DNA of 64,000 nucleotides from a virus (Duplodnaviria; Caudoviricetes), in the IMG/VR virus record IMGVR_UViG_3300022074_000031, positions 1,322 to 65,321 of that record; one strand, 5' to 3'. Each line of letters opens with the position of its first letter. The first letter of the stretch is position 1. This document shows positions 18,165 to 27,299 of the stretch, one piece after another. A program made the translations under genes and the position numbers. Below the pieces are notes generated by a model. That model made no database searches and was not told where the DNA came from. It worked only from the letters and a program-made list of their open reading frames with translations.

Positions 18165-18361
18165 AAGAAGAAAAACTATATTTAGAAACATTAAAAGAAA
18201 TAAAACTGATGAAAGAACATATTGCTGATGAGATGGATTCTCTGTATGCTGATATGCAGAAACTCTCAGACATTCAAGCACAAATTAAGGAATTACAAGA
18301 AACGGTAGCGAAACTTGCAGGTGAACCTGTCGGTATGTTATTTGTGAATTACCGAGGCTGA
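18161..18361 (+). CDS. small coiled-coil protein between polB halves
   Basis: 66 aa heptad-rich ORF with GGTGG RBS. Confidence 0.65.
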   Translation: MKEEKLYLETLKEIKLMKEHIADEMDSLYADMQKLSDIQAQIKELQETVAKLAGEPVGMLFVNYRG

Positions 18362-18365
18362 TGAC

Positions 18366-19253
18366 ATGAAAGTGGTTTATGGACATACCGATTCTATCTA
18401 TGTGCAAATTGATTCCGTAGAGGCCGCACAAAAAGCAATTAAGGTGATTGAAGATGAAGTCAAAAAAAGTTTCCCGAATATTCTCGGACTTGAACAGCAT
18501 CCCGTTAGTCTGGAATTTGAGAAGTATTTTTCGGCGTTGGGTGTTGGTACGGTTAAAAACAGAAATGCAGGAATGATTATTTGGGAAGACGGCGAACACT
18601 TAGATGAGCCGAAGTTTACCATGACTGGCTTCACCGCTAAAAGAGTAAGCGAAACAAAACTTGCGAAGGGGTTCCAAACTGAACTATTAAAAATGTGGGC
18701 AAGACAATGTACCTTTGAACAAATCAATAAATTCTTGCGGAGCAGTTATGAAGATGTTGTGAACGGTAGAATCCCCGTCGCTGACTTAGCAAAGCGAAGT
18801 CGGTTAAAGGAAGAACGGTTTAAATTGATGTGTCCCAAATGTCGCTCAAAATACAACATGAGAGAGATGGGCGGAGTATATAATTGCTCTAAATGTGGAA
18901 CGCCTTCAAAAGAATTCTTGACCGAACAAAAGAAGCGACCAAGTATTGGTTCGGGTATTGCAGGTGTTCTTTATGCTTGGGAAAAGCAGAACACTACATT
19001 TGATGATTCCTACATTTTCTTGAAAGTATCGGGGGTCAATGACAAATATACGAACCCCCTAACGAAAGAAAAGCGTGATGTGGAGTATGTCGCAGGAACA
19101 ATCCTTTCGGATTTTGATTCCTATACCCCCGACTATCACCACTATGCAGAGCAACTCATAAAGAAAGCCAAACCTATCTATGAAGCGATGGACTGGCAAA
19201 TGGAAAACATTAGAACGATAAAAGGACAAACAACACTGGAGGAATGGTTTTGA
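18366..19253 (+). CDS. polB: family B DNA polymerase, C-terminal part (motif C, thumb)
   Basis: Starts MKVVYGHTDSIYV (motif C), LEFEK, KNRNAG, Zn insert CPKC...CSKC, terminal PIP box QTTLEEWF. Confidence 0.92.
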   Translation: MKVVYGHTDSIYVQIDSVEAAQKAIKVIEDEVKKSFPNILGLEQHPVSLEFEKYFSALGVGTVKNRNAGMIIWEDGEHLDEPKFTMTGFTAKRVSETKLAKGFQTELLKMWARQCTFEQINKFLRSSYEDVVNGRIPVADLAKRSRLKEERFKLMCPKCRSKYNMREMGGVYNCSKCGTPSKEFLTEQKKRPSIGSGIAGVLYAWEKQNTTFDDSYIFLKVSGVNDKYTNPLTKEKRDVEYVAGTILSDFDSYTPDYHHYAEQLIKKAKPIYEAMDWQMENIRTIKGQTTLEEWF

Positions 19254-20155
19254 ATAAAGATGAAGCATATGAAGCCGCACTCGCGGAAATGAAAGAATTT
19301 ACATATAAATGGATGCCAGAAAATTATTCTGACCCGTCTCAGCCGATATTAAAAATATCAAAGTCCTCTTTGATGTCGTATGTTTGGTGTCCCAAAAAGT
19401 ATGAGTTTTCTTATGTTGAGCGTTTGCCTCAAGACCAAACAGAAGCCATGCGTAAAGGAACCGTATTGCATAATCACAGAGAAGCATTCTTTGACGATTT
19501 TGATGTCAAAAAGGCAGAGAAAATGAACAACACTGAAATTATTGAATACTGCAATTCATTGATGCCTGTTGATGAATACTACGACGTTTCTTTGACCGTT
19601 GCCGCCTTTGAAGCACAGCGATTTATTGAAGCAGTAGCAGAGGGCAAAGCCGATGAATTCCTGCCAGTTATTAATGAGAAAATGTTTGACTGTGAAGTTG
19701 TTATTCCCAAAGACACGCATAAAAAGTTTACACTACAACGAGACTACACGGTGCGCCTACAAGGTATCATTGACCGCATTTTCATGGAAGACGGAAAATT
19801 GATTCCGTTTGAATACAAAACCGGCGGTTGGAAGGACTACAAATCAACGGCCATGAGAAAAGAAATGGCGTTCTATCAGTTGATGATTGAAAACTCAACA
19901 GAAGAAGTCCTCGCTAAACATGGTCTTACACGGGACATGGAAGTTTCTCATTGGGGTTGGTATTATCCAGTAGCAAACCACATCACGGTTGAGCCGGTTA
20001 AGACAAGAACCATGACTTCTGTTATGAATCATATTGCAGAATTAATCCACGCTTATGAAAATAAACATTTTGCTACAAAGTTCTTTTACAAAACTTGTAG
20101 TCATTGTTCTTTCTTTGGTATTTGCGAAGGAGCGCAACAGGATTCGTGGTTATGA
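19244..20155 (+). CDS. Cas4/RecB-like PD-(D/E)xK exonuclease with Fe-S cluster
   Basis: ISKSS...WCP, GTVLH, GIIDRI...EYKTG, CSHCSFFGIC. Confidence 0.85.
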   Translation: MVLNKDEAYEAALAEMKEFTYKWMPENYSDPSQPILKISKSSLMSYVWCPKKYEFSYVERLPQDQTEAMRKGTVLHNHREAFFDDFDVKKAEKMNNTEIIEYCNSLMPVDEYYDVSLTVAAFEAQRFIEAVAEGKADEFLPVINEKMFDCEVVIPKDTHKKFTLQRDYTVRLQGIIDRIFMEDGKLIPFEYKTGGWKDYKSTAMRKEMAFYQLMIENSTEEVLAKHGLTRDMEVSHWGWYYPVANHITVEPVKTRTMTSVMNHIAELIHAYENKHFATKFFYKTCSHCSFFGICEGAQQDSWL

Positions 20156-20526
20156 TGGAAGAGATGATTAGAGCAAAGGTCTTATCAAAACAATGGACAT
20201 TTACAGAAATCTCAAATCTCAAGGCAACTATTGATTCGTTATGTTCGGAATTGTATTCGGAAATGACATTCATTGAAAGATTTCAATTAATTAGAGAGAT
20301 ACGAATACAAGAAGTATTTGTCGGACAAACATACGAAGACTGTATGAGAGAAGCAGTAAAAATAACACTAAGCGGAGAAATTGCAGAAACAATTCGTTCA
20401 ATGCTTGGAGAAGCCACAGTTAATTTTGGAGGTAATAAAAATGAAATATCCACGGGAAGTCTGGGCGGGGAGCCACATAAGGAACGCCCCGCAAATGAAA
20501 AGAAAAATAGTGTCCTCAAGGAATGA
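20152..20526 (+). CDS. hypothetical protein
   Basis: ATGA-coupled ORF MMEEMIRAKV... Confidence 0.6.
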   Translation: MMEEMIRAKVLSKQWTFTEISNLKATIDSLCSELYSEMTFIERFQLIREIRIQEVFVGQTYEDCMREAVKITLSGEIAETIRSMLGEATVNFGGNKNEISTGSLGGEPHKERPANEKKNSVLKE

Positions 20527-21469
20527 GTATATTAATTTCATAAACGCACAGAATAACAGAACCAATGTCTATACAACGGTTTATGATTTTGAGCGTTTCT
20601 ATGAAACTGCAAAGGATGATTCATCGGTTATTCTTGACAGAGTATTTCTTGACTTTGATGCACACGATGATTCAATTAATGATGCTTGGCGAGACTTGAA
20701 AACTATTATGGCTTTAGTCCATGAGAAGGACTATGAGCATACCCTCTTTTTCTCTGGCCGTGGTTTTCACCTATTTCTTTTCGGTGAATTGGCGAAAGAT
20801 ATGAGAAGTATTCAATTCTTTTTTCGAGACATTAAACAGTATTTGATTGAACAGGTTGGAAAGGACATAACGCTTGATGATAGGGTAGGGCAAATTACTC
20901 GCCTTAGAAGAGTCCCAAATACCGTAAACATGTCCTCGTCTGATGAAAGCGGCAACCCTTACTTTTGCATTCCTTTGTTAAAAGAAGATTTAGAAGGCGA
21001 TATTGAAGGCATCTTAAGTCTTGCTAAGAGGCCTCGTTATATTCCCTTTCGCAAGCAGGGAAACCGTAAGGTAGTGTTCCCGACAGCACCCCCCATTGAA
21101 GCCGTAGAGGGGGAGGTTTCTGTGCCTAAAACAGTAGGAAAACTCCCTATGCTCCCCTGTCTCCATAACGCAACCATGACTGAAAATCCTTCTCATATAG
21201 CAAGAGCCTATTTGGTTTCGTGGTATCGGGATTTATTGTCGGGGTATCAAGACCTAAATACACACCAACTTAAAGAAGAAGTGCTGAACCTCGTCGTTGA
21301 TGAATTGGAGAGAGTCTTTGCAGAGTCGGATGCAGTGTGGCTTGATTGGGATAAGAAGACAACAAAGAAACACGCGAAGTTTACGGTGTATAATAACTAC
21401 AACACACCACATTGTCAAAAATTAATTAGTGAAGGTTTCTGTATCGGTAAGTGTTGGAGGTATGCATAA
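20441..21469 (+). CDS. archaeo-eukaryotic primase, PriS-PriL fusion
   Basis: FLDFD, FSGRGFHLF, RLRRVPNT, then a PriL-like Fe-S domain LPCL...PHCQKL...C...C. Confidence 0.85.
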   Translation: MKYPREVWAGSHIRNAPQMKRKIVSSRNEYINFINAQNNRTNVYTTVYDFERFYETAKDDSSVILDRVFLDFDAHDDSINDAWRDLKTIMALVHEKDYEHTLFFSGRGFHLFLFGELAKDMRSIQFFFRDIKQYLIEQVGKDITLDDRVGQITRLRRVPNTVNMSSSDESGNPYFCIPLLKEDLEGDIEGILSLAKRPRYIPFRKQGNRKVVFPTAPPIEAVEGEVSVPKTVGKLPMLPCLHNATMTENPSHIARAYLVSWYRDLLSGYQDLNTHQLKEEVLNLVVDELERVFAESDAVWLDWDKKTTKKHAKFTVYNNYNTPHCQKLISEGFCIGKCWRYA

Positions 21470-22158
21470 TGCTAGTTATTGACTCGAGGGAAAATTCAAA
21501 ATTATCTGAATTGGTTTTACAAAAGGCCAAATCATTGACTATTCCCACTGAAAAGAGATGGATTCAAATAGGAGACTATGTTTATGATGATGTCTGTTTT
21601 GAAGCAAAATCAGCAGTAGATTTTTTGGGTTCTGTTCTTTCAAAGAGACTATGGACCCAACTTGATAACATGGATAGACACTATCAAACAAATGTCGTGA
21701 TTATCTATGGAAGCATGGATGATGCTATTCTTACCGTTCTTGAAAATTCCCAATCTAAGATGCCTCCAAAAGGCAGAGCAATTATGCTAAGAAATAAATT
21801 CTTAGGGGCAATCGGAAGAATTATTCTTGATATGGATGCGAAACCTGTTTGGGTTTCAACAGAAGAGGAAGCGGCACAAATCATAACGGGCGTCTCTAAA
21901 ATCAAACCTTTCAAGAGAGCCACTATACAACCTCAAGTATTCAAGAGGATAACAACAGACGACCTACGCTTAGATTTACTGACAAGCATAAAAGGGGTTT
22001 CAATCAAAAAAGCGAAAGCCCTCATAAAAGAGTTTGGCTCTATTATGGAAATCGGTGAATGTTCTGAATTTGAAATTCAGGGCGTTGAAGGTATTGGAGA
22101 AACCTTAGCCAAAAGAATTATCTCCACATTAAACTCGGAAGAGAAGGTGAAAATATGA
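21469..22158 (+). CDS. ERCC4/XPF-family nuclease with HhH domain
   Basis: VIDSRE, GDY, EAKSAVDF, RLWTQL, HhH IKGVSIKKA and VEGIGETLA. Confidence 0.9.
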   Translation: MLVIDSRENSKLSELVLQKAKSLTIPTEKRWIQIGDYVYDDVCFEAKSAVDFLGSVLSKRLWTQLDNMDRHYQTNVVIIYGSMDDAILTVLENSQSKMPPKGRAIMLRNKFLGAIGRIILDMDAKPVWVSTEEEAAQIITGVSKIKPFKRATIQPQVFKRITTDDLRLDLLTSIKGVSIKKAKALIKEFGSIMEIGECSEFEIQGVEGIGETLAKRIISTLNSEEKVKI

Positions 22159-23654
22159 ATGAAGAATTTTACGACGACGAAAACATTGAAGAATATATGC
22201 AACAGAAGGAGCAATTAGATGCAAAAGCCATCTCAGGACTACCTTCTATTATTGAAAGATTTTACAAATCTGCAAGCGAGGTATCATTGAGAAACGAAAT
22301 GCCTGCGGCTATCAGTGCATTTGTGATTCTTGGAAACCTCTGTAAAGACTTTGTAAGAATCGCAAACAACAGAAATATTGAAGACACAAGAATTCATTTT
22401 TGTTGGATTCAAACAAGCGGAACGGGTAAGTCCACTCTTTGGAATTTTGTTGGCCCTGTTGCAGAAAAAACATTTGAAATGATTAATGAACACAGGCCCA
22501 ACCACCCTTCATTTACAAGAAAGGATGGAATAGAAATGCCTCGTAAATACGATATTTTCGGAGTAACTGACTATACCGATTCTGTACTAATCGGTAAATG
22601 GAAGCCAACTAAAAATGACGACGGCGAAGATGAAATGAAAAGGCAAGCGGGTATTCTTGAAGGTAGCGGATTAGCCCACTGGGATGAATTTGAGTATTCT
22701 GGTATTTTTAGACAATCACAACACAAAGAACAGAGCATTGTTTATTTAAATACGCTAATGAATAGCCTTGCTGGAAAGTCTTGGATTATTTCAAAGGCAC
22801 TTGATTCAATGGAAGGAATGACCATGAATTGTTATTCGGAGCGTTCTGTTATTGCTATGACCTATCCACCAAAGAATTTAAATGAAGTTATGGCCGAAAA
22901 GGGCGTCCTACAAAGAATGCTTCTCTATGTTTGGGAAGTACCTTTTCACACACAAAGACAAATGCGATTAGAACAATTACAACTTGCCGGAACCTATTCC
23001 GATGTTCAAGCCCCCATTGATAAGTTTGCAGAAGGCTTCTACAAAATCTATCAGATGGTCCGAGAGCGGTGGAATGATGTAGGTCAAGACCCATTGAAAA
23101 CTCTGGTCTTCCACGAATCTTATGTGCCTACATTGATTTTGGAATACAACCGTTTGGAAAAAGAATTGATGAATTGTCCTCCACATGTGGCTGAACTCGC
23201 ATCAAACTTCCTTACTCGCCTTACTCAAATGATGATGAAATTAGCCGCTCTGTGTTGCATTGGTGAATCAGCGGATATTGTTAAGGCCGAGGAACGCTTC
23301 ATTGTGAAGGGAGTCCATGTTCAAGCCGCTGGAAAAATTGTCCAAAACTGTTATAGCCAACTGGTAGGGTGGTTAGAACGGAGCCTGCGAGCCAAGCGCA
23401 AGCAGATGCACGAAAAGTCTCTTGAAACCACCTTTATTGCGGTCTATGAGAATATCAAGTCTGGCAAATTTTCTAACATAAAAACCGACGAGGCAGGATT
23501 TGTTAACAAAAACTTGTATCTGACTCAAGTAAGAGAAAAGGCAAAAATTTCGAGAGCGCAAATTTACCGACATTATGATGTGGTTAGACACAGGTTTGAA
23601 GAAATAAAAGAAGGCCGAAGTTGGTATGTTAGATTATTGGAGAGTGTAGAATGA
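22155..23654 (+). CDS. AAA+ replicative helicase (MCM-like)
   Basis: SGTGKST, GILEGSGLAHWDEF, arginine finger VLQRM, C-terminal wHTH-like region. Confidence 0.7.
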   Translation: MNEEFYDDENIEEYMQQKEQLDAKAISGLPSIIERFYKSASEVSLRNEMPAAISAFVILGNLCKDFVRIANNRNIEDTRIHFCWIQTSGTGKSTLWNFVGPVAEKTFEMINEHRPNHPSFTRKDGIEMPRKYDIFGVTDYTDSVLIGKWKPTKNDDGEDEMKRQAGILEGSGLAHWDEFEYSGIFRQSQHKEQSIVYLNTLMNSLAGKSWIISKALDSMEGMTMNCYSERSVIAMTYPPKNLNEVMAEKGVLQRMLLYVWEVPFHTQRQMRLEQLQLAGTYSDVQAPIDKFAEGFYKIYQMVRERWNDVGQDPLKTLVFHESYVPTLILEYNRLEKELMNCPPHVAELASNFLTRLTQMMMKLAALCCIGESADIVKAEERFIVKGVHVQAAGKIVQNCYSQLVGWLERSLRAKRKQMHEKSLETTFIAVYENIKSGKFSNIKTDEAGFVNKNLYLTQVREKAKISRAQIYRHYDVVRHRFEEIKEGRSWYVRLLESVE

Positions 23655-23875
23655 TGAAGTGGGAAAATACCTATTTAGTGTTTCAAGTTGAAAAAGGCCC
23701 AAAGGCTATTATTGAGTCTTTGAATACTTATGGTGAAGAAGGTTGGGAATGTTGTTCTCAACTGATTGTTGCGAATAAGCAGATTGTTTGCTTCCTTAAG
23801 CGAAGAACCGATTCCGAAGAACCCGTGAATAAGGAAGAAGAGAAAATTAGCAAACTTTGGTCAAACGGTGATTAA
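23651..23875 (+). CDS. small DUF4177-like protein
   Basis: LNTYGEEGWEC...FLKR. Confidence 0.65.
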   Translation: MMKWENTYLVFQVEKGPKAIIESLNTYGEEGWECCSQLIVANKQIVCFLKRRTDSEEPVNKEEEKISKLWSNGD

Positions 23876-23877
23876 AC

Positions 23878-24471
23878 ATGTCTGTCCTCGCCCTTGACAT
23901 TGAGACAAAAAACATGTCTTATGAAATTGGCGGATTCAGCAACACCCACATGTTTCAAGTTTCAACGGTTGCTACTTGGGACGGAAAGAACGGGACTGTT
24001 TATGTGGATGCCCCGCTTGACACCTTTCAAAAGTCAAATGTAGCAGTTAAGACACTCAAGCAATTGAAGTATGATTTGGACGACCATTTCCAAAAAGGCG
24101 GTCTTCTTCTTGGGCATAATTTAGCCGCATTTGACCTGCCAGTTTTGCGAGACTCGATGGATATTTTCTGTATCACAAAATACATGAAAGAGAAAAAGTA
24201 TATTGATACTTCAAAAATTCTACTGAAAAATCACGGAGAAAGATTTCAATTAAAGAACCTCGTAAAATGCACCATGCAAGATTCTAAACTCATGGAAAGT
24301 GCAGATGCACCAAGACTTTGGAAAATGGGTCAGTATGATGATGTGGTAGAGTATTGTTTAAAAGATACTCAATTAGTGTATGACCTTTGGAAACATGGTC
24401 AAGAATTTGGAATTGTCAAGGCATTCTCAATCGAAGAAGAACAGCATAAAGACTTGGAGGTGAATTGGTAA
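23878..24471 (+). CDS. DEDD/RNase H-like 3'-5' exonuclease
   Basis: LDIETK, GHNLAAFDLPVL, IDT, YCLKD. Confidence 0.85.
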   Translation: MSVLALDIETKNMSYEIGGFSNTHMFQVSTVATWDGKNGTVYVDAPLDTFQKSNVAVKTLKQLKYDLDDHFQKGGLLLGHNLAAFDLPVLRDSMDIFCITKYMKEKKYIDTSKILLKNHGERFQLKNLVKCTMQDSKLMESADAPRLWKMGQYDDVVEYCLKDTQLVYDLWKHGQEFGIVKAFSIEEEQHKDLEVNW

Positions 24472-24620
24472 TGACGACATGGGATTGGTTCGGACTTATC
24501 TTTTTCATTGGCGTTCTTATGCTTCTTTTCTTTGCGGCCTTTGGTGCAACTAACATCACCGAAGAGAGCGTAGAGGAATATATGAAGCGTTTGATGTCCG
24601 ATGATAAGGGCGGAAACTGA
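24471..24620 (+). CDS. small membrane protein
   Basis: MTTWDWFGLIFFIGVLMLLFFAAFG..., GGAGGTGA RBS; not in ORF track. Confidence 0.7.
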   Translation: MTTWDWFGLIFFIGVLMLLFFAAFGATNITEESVEEYMKRLMSDDKGGN

Positions 24621-24772
24621 TGGGCTTAAAACAAAAATGCCCCTTCTGCGGAGAGCAGACTATTGCGAGAAGAATGAAAGGGTTCTACTTGGGGTCTGAT
24701 AATCAGGCACTTTTATGGGAATGTAGGCTATGCCTTGGCGTTTGGTCAAAGAAGACCCGGAGGGGGGCTTAG
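24620..24772 (+). CDS. small zinc-ribbon protein
   Basis: MGLKQKCPFCG...WECRLCLGVW, TGATG coupling; not in ORF track. Confidence 0.7.
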   Translation: MGLKQKCPFCGEQTIARRMKGFYLGSDNQALLWECRLCLGVWSKKTRRGA

Positions 24773-24795
24773 GCCCCTCTCCTCCGCTTTTTTTT
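24758..24795 (+). terminator. hairpin plus T-tract terminator at the end of the replication arm
   Basis: CGGAGGGGGGC-TTAG-GCCCCTCTCCTCCG followed by C and T8, in the convergent intergenic gap. Confidence 0.75.
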
Positions 24796-24946
24796 GTCAA
24801 AAATTTTTCTGAGGGCCTGCAAACGATTTTCTTCGTTTGAAAAACTTATTCTCTATCCGTCCAAATGATTATGGTTTTTTTTGGTTCGATTGCGAACCAT
24901 GTGATAATAAAACCAAATGCAAAACTTAACAGAAACAAAAGTAAAA

Positions 24947-26959
24947 TCAACCAATCAACCCTAAATTTGTCAAAGCAGTTATCAGCGCATTGATAGCGTC
25001 AGCATTGGCTTCGGGGTCAGCAGGAGTCCCGTTGGAAGAAATTGAATTGAGGGCGGAAGGCGCGGAAGGCCTTGAAATGGCAGTTGTTCCGAAGAAACCC
25101 ATTTGTTTATCCCCAGTTGCACTATTACTTGCTCTGGCTAAAGAAAGAATAGCATCACTTCCAGCGACCAATTGCGTAGCAATGTTTCCAAATGAAATAT
25201 CAAGTTGTCCTCCATCTCTTTGCCCAATTTGGAAAACTGGGTCATCTATTACAGAAGAAGAAGGCGGGGAAGTATTATCATTTTGAATTTGAATATGGCC
25301 GAATTTATTAATTCTAATATTTCCTTCGCCTCCCCTTAACCTAAATGGATAGTTATCACTAGTTTCTTCAATATGTAATCTATGTTCTGGAGCCGCAACA
25401 CCAATCCCTACCTTTCCATCTGAAAGTATTCTCATGTGTTCAGTAGAAACCGTATCATCGTTCTCATCAATAGCGGCAGTCCCAAAAGTTAAATCTGCGC
25501 CCTTGTCGCCCGTTCCTTGGTCTTCTGCCGCCAATGCGGCGATAAAGGCAGAAGCCTCCAAAACCGATGAAGGGACATTTCCATCTGTAGAATCAAAACC
25601 AATACCGCCTAATAAATCAGTGTCGGCAGTTGTGGTATCCTCTCTCACAATCATAATGCCATTGTCGCCATCTGCACCAGTATGGCTAACTTGAAGTTTA
25701 TTCATCGGAGAAGAAGTTCCGATTCCTATTCTATCGTTTCCAGCATCAGCAAAAATCAAATTTGCATTTGTATCGCCCTCTACTCTAAAATTTATATCTG
25801 CTCCAGCATCATTGATAACCGTCTCATCACTATCCAATTCAATTCTTGAAGTAATAGCGCCATTTTTCAAAGTTCTAAAGGTTATTCTTCCGTCTTCGCT
25901 TCCATCAGTAGGGTCTACGATTTCCGCAAAAATATCCACATAATCTGTTGCACTTCCTGCTGAATCTTTACCTCTAAATCTTAAATGGGCTAAATCATCA
26001 CCTGCGGCTGGACTCGCTGAATTACGAAAATAAACAACATCGGGAGAAGCGGAACCGCCATCTTCTGCAACCTCAACTAAAAAATCAATATCAGAAGAAC
26101 TTGTTCCTTTAACATGTAAAATACCAGTTGGGTTGTCTGTTCCTATTCCTACTTTCCCACCGGATGTTATTCTTACTCTTTCTGCCGAGCCAGTTTTGAA
26201 AACCATAGGTTCTGATGAAGCATATGCACTTATTTCTGCTGTTCCAGAAGTTGGTGAATTTCCATATCCGAGAGCAATTTTATTTGCTTGAATATCTTCT
26301 GTTACTAACAATGAACCTTCCATCTTAACTTCTGTATATGGAAATGATGGGTCATTATCGCCATACAGAATTAATCTATCTACGACGCTTGAACCATCCT
26401 GTACCTTAAAAATAATGTCTTTATCTTGCTCTATTGACTGAACTTCAATATCCCCAGCGTTACTTTTGATTGTTAGTCCTTCGGTATAGCCAGAATTATC
26501 TCTACCGATACTCAAGGAATGTTCTGTTTTGTGCACGGTTAAAAACTGAATACTACAAGGATTAACCCCAGTGTGTGTAATAACTGCAATAATTGTATCA
26601 CCAGAAGTAATATCAGGAACTTTATCAACAGCAGACGGATTTCTCAAAACAACCGTGGGAGTGCTACCGCTTGGCGCAACAAGAAGATGATAGCCATTTG
26701 TATAGGTAGAAGAAAGAGTTAACGATGCTCCAGAAACAGAAACGAATTGTCCATCCCTAAAGATTTTACCTGCGGCAACCGTTAAAGCAGTAGCGTTCGT
26801 ACCAGAAATATCAAAACCATCAATTGCATAGTTTTGCCCCATTCCATCTGAAAGAGCCTTAATAATCCCACTATGAGGAAAATCTACGCCATCTTCAATT
26901 TGATTTGCGTTGCCTGTTGTGCTTTGCCCGTATGTATCTGGATTAAGTGCGCTTCCCAT
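24947..26959 (-). CDS. tail fibre / receptor-binding-like protein
   Basis: Three [KR][VI]GIG[TV]xxP..L[HQ][VI] repeats, Gly/Ser/Thr/Asp-rich; last gene of the tail module. Confidence 0.7.
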   Translation of the reverse strand: MGSALNPDTYGQSTTGNANQIEDGVDFPHSGIIKALSDGMGQNYAIDGFDISGTNATALTVAAGKIFRDGQFVSVSGASLTLSSTYTNGYHLLVAPSGSTPTVVLRNPSAVDKVPDITSGDTIIAVITHTGVNPCSIQFLTVHKTEHSLSIGRDNSGYTEGLTIKSNAGDIEVQSIEQDKDIIFKVQDGSSVVDRLILYGDNDPSFPYTEVKMEGSLLVTEDIQANKIALGYGNSPTSGTAEISAYASSEPMVFKTGSAERVRITSGGKVGIGTDNPTGILHVKGTSSSDIDFLVEVAEDGGSASPDVVYFRNSASPAAGDDLAHLRFRGKDSAGSATDYVDIFAEIVDPTDGSEDGRITFRTLKNGAITSRIELDSDETVINDAGADINFRVEGDTNANLIFADAGNDRIGIGTSSPMNKLQVSHTGADGDNGIMIVREDTTTADTDLLGGIGFDSTDGNVPSSVLEASAFIAALAAEDQGTGDKGADLTFGTAAIDENDDTVSTEHMRILSDGKVGIGVAAPEHRLHIEETSDNYPFRLRGGEGNIRINKFGHIQIQNDNTSPPSSSVIDDPVFQIGQRDGGQLDISFGNIATQLVAGSDAILSLARASNSATGDKQMGFFGTTAISRPSAPSALNSISSNGTPADPEANADAINALITALTNLGLIG

Positions 26960-26960
26960 A

Positions 26961-27299
26961 TTATTCAACCTCCAATAAAATAAACAGTTCTAATGTTTCT
27001 GTTGTGGAAAATGGCCCAACTCCTTCAAAGTTCGTCCTATATACTAAATTGCTACCATCAAAAAGACCGACTTCACGGATAACTTGTCCTTGAATGGAAC
27101 TTCCTGCCACTGATACTTTGACTTCAAGCACATTTACATCCGACTTTGTTTTGACAATTGATGGAACAACACTCAAAGGAACATCTAAATCCGTAGCGGT
27201 CGGGCTTGTAGCGTTTCCTCCAAGTCCTATTTTTGCACTATCAAAGAGATTATCCTTGATGTGCGTTGCGATTTGACTTTTTAATTCGTCGGTTATCAT
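26961..27299 (-). CDS. tail collar/baseplate small protein
   Basis: IGLGG...IREVGLFD motif typical of tail-collar fibre-attachment domains. Confidence 0.6.
   Translation of the reverse strand: MITDELKSQIATHIKDNLFDSAKIGLGGNATSPTATDLDVPLSVVPSIVKTKSDVNVLEVKVSVAGSSIQGQVIREVGLFDGSNLVYRTNFEGVGPFSTTETLELFILLEVE

Noticed and set aside
17886-18365. Intron or intein interrupting polB
   Set aside because: The gap is filled by three translationally coupled ORFs, there are no intein C/HN termini, and the C-half has its own ATG
19244-20155. Cas4-like gene as evidence of a CRISPR-Cas system
   Set aside because: No repeat-spacer array or other cas genes seen; stand-alone Cas4-like nucleases are common in archaeal virus replication modules
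1561-23591. Many short minus-strand ORFs in the replication arm
   Set aside because: Antisense shadows of well-supported + strand genes, without RBS or motifs
24947-26959. Diversity-generating retroelement target in the fibre gene
   Set aside because: No reverse transcriptase or template/variable repeat pair seen in the window
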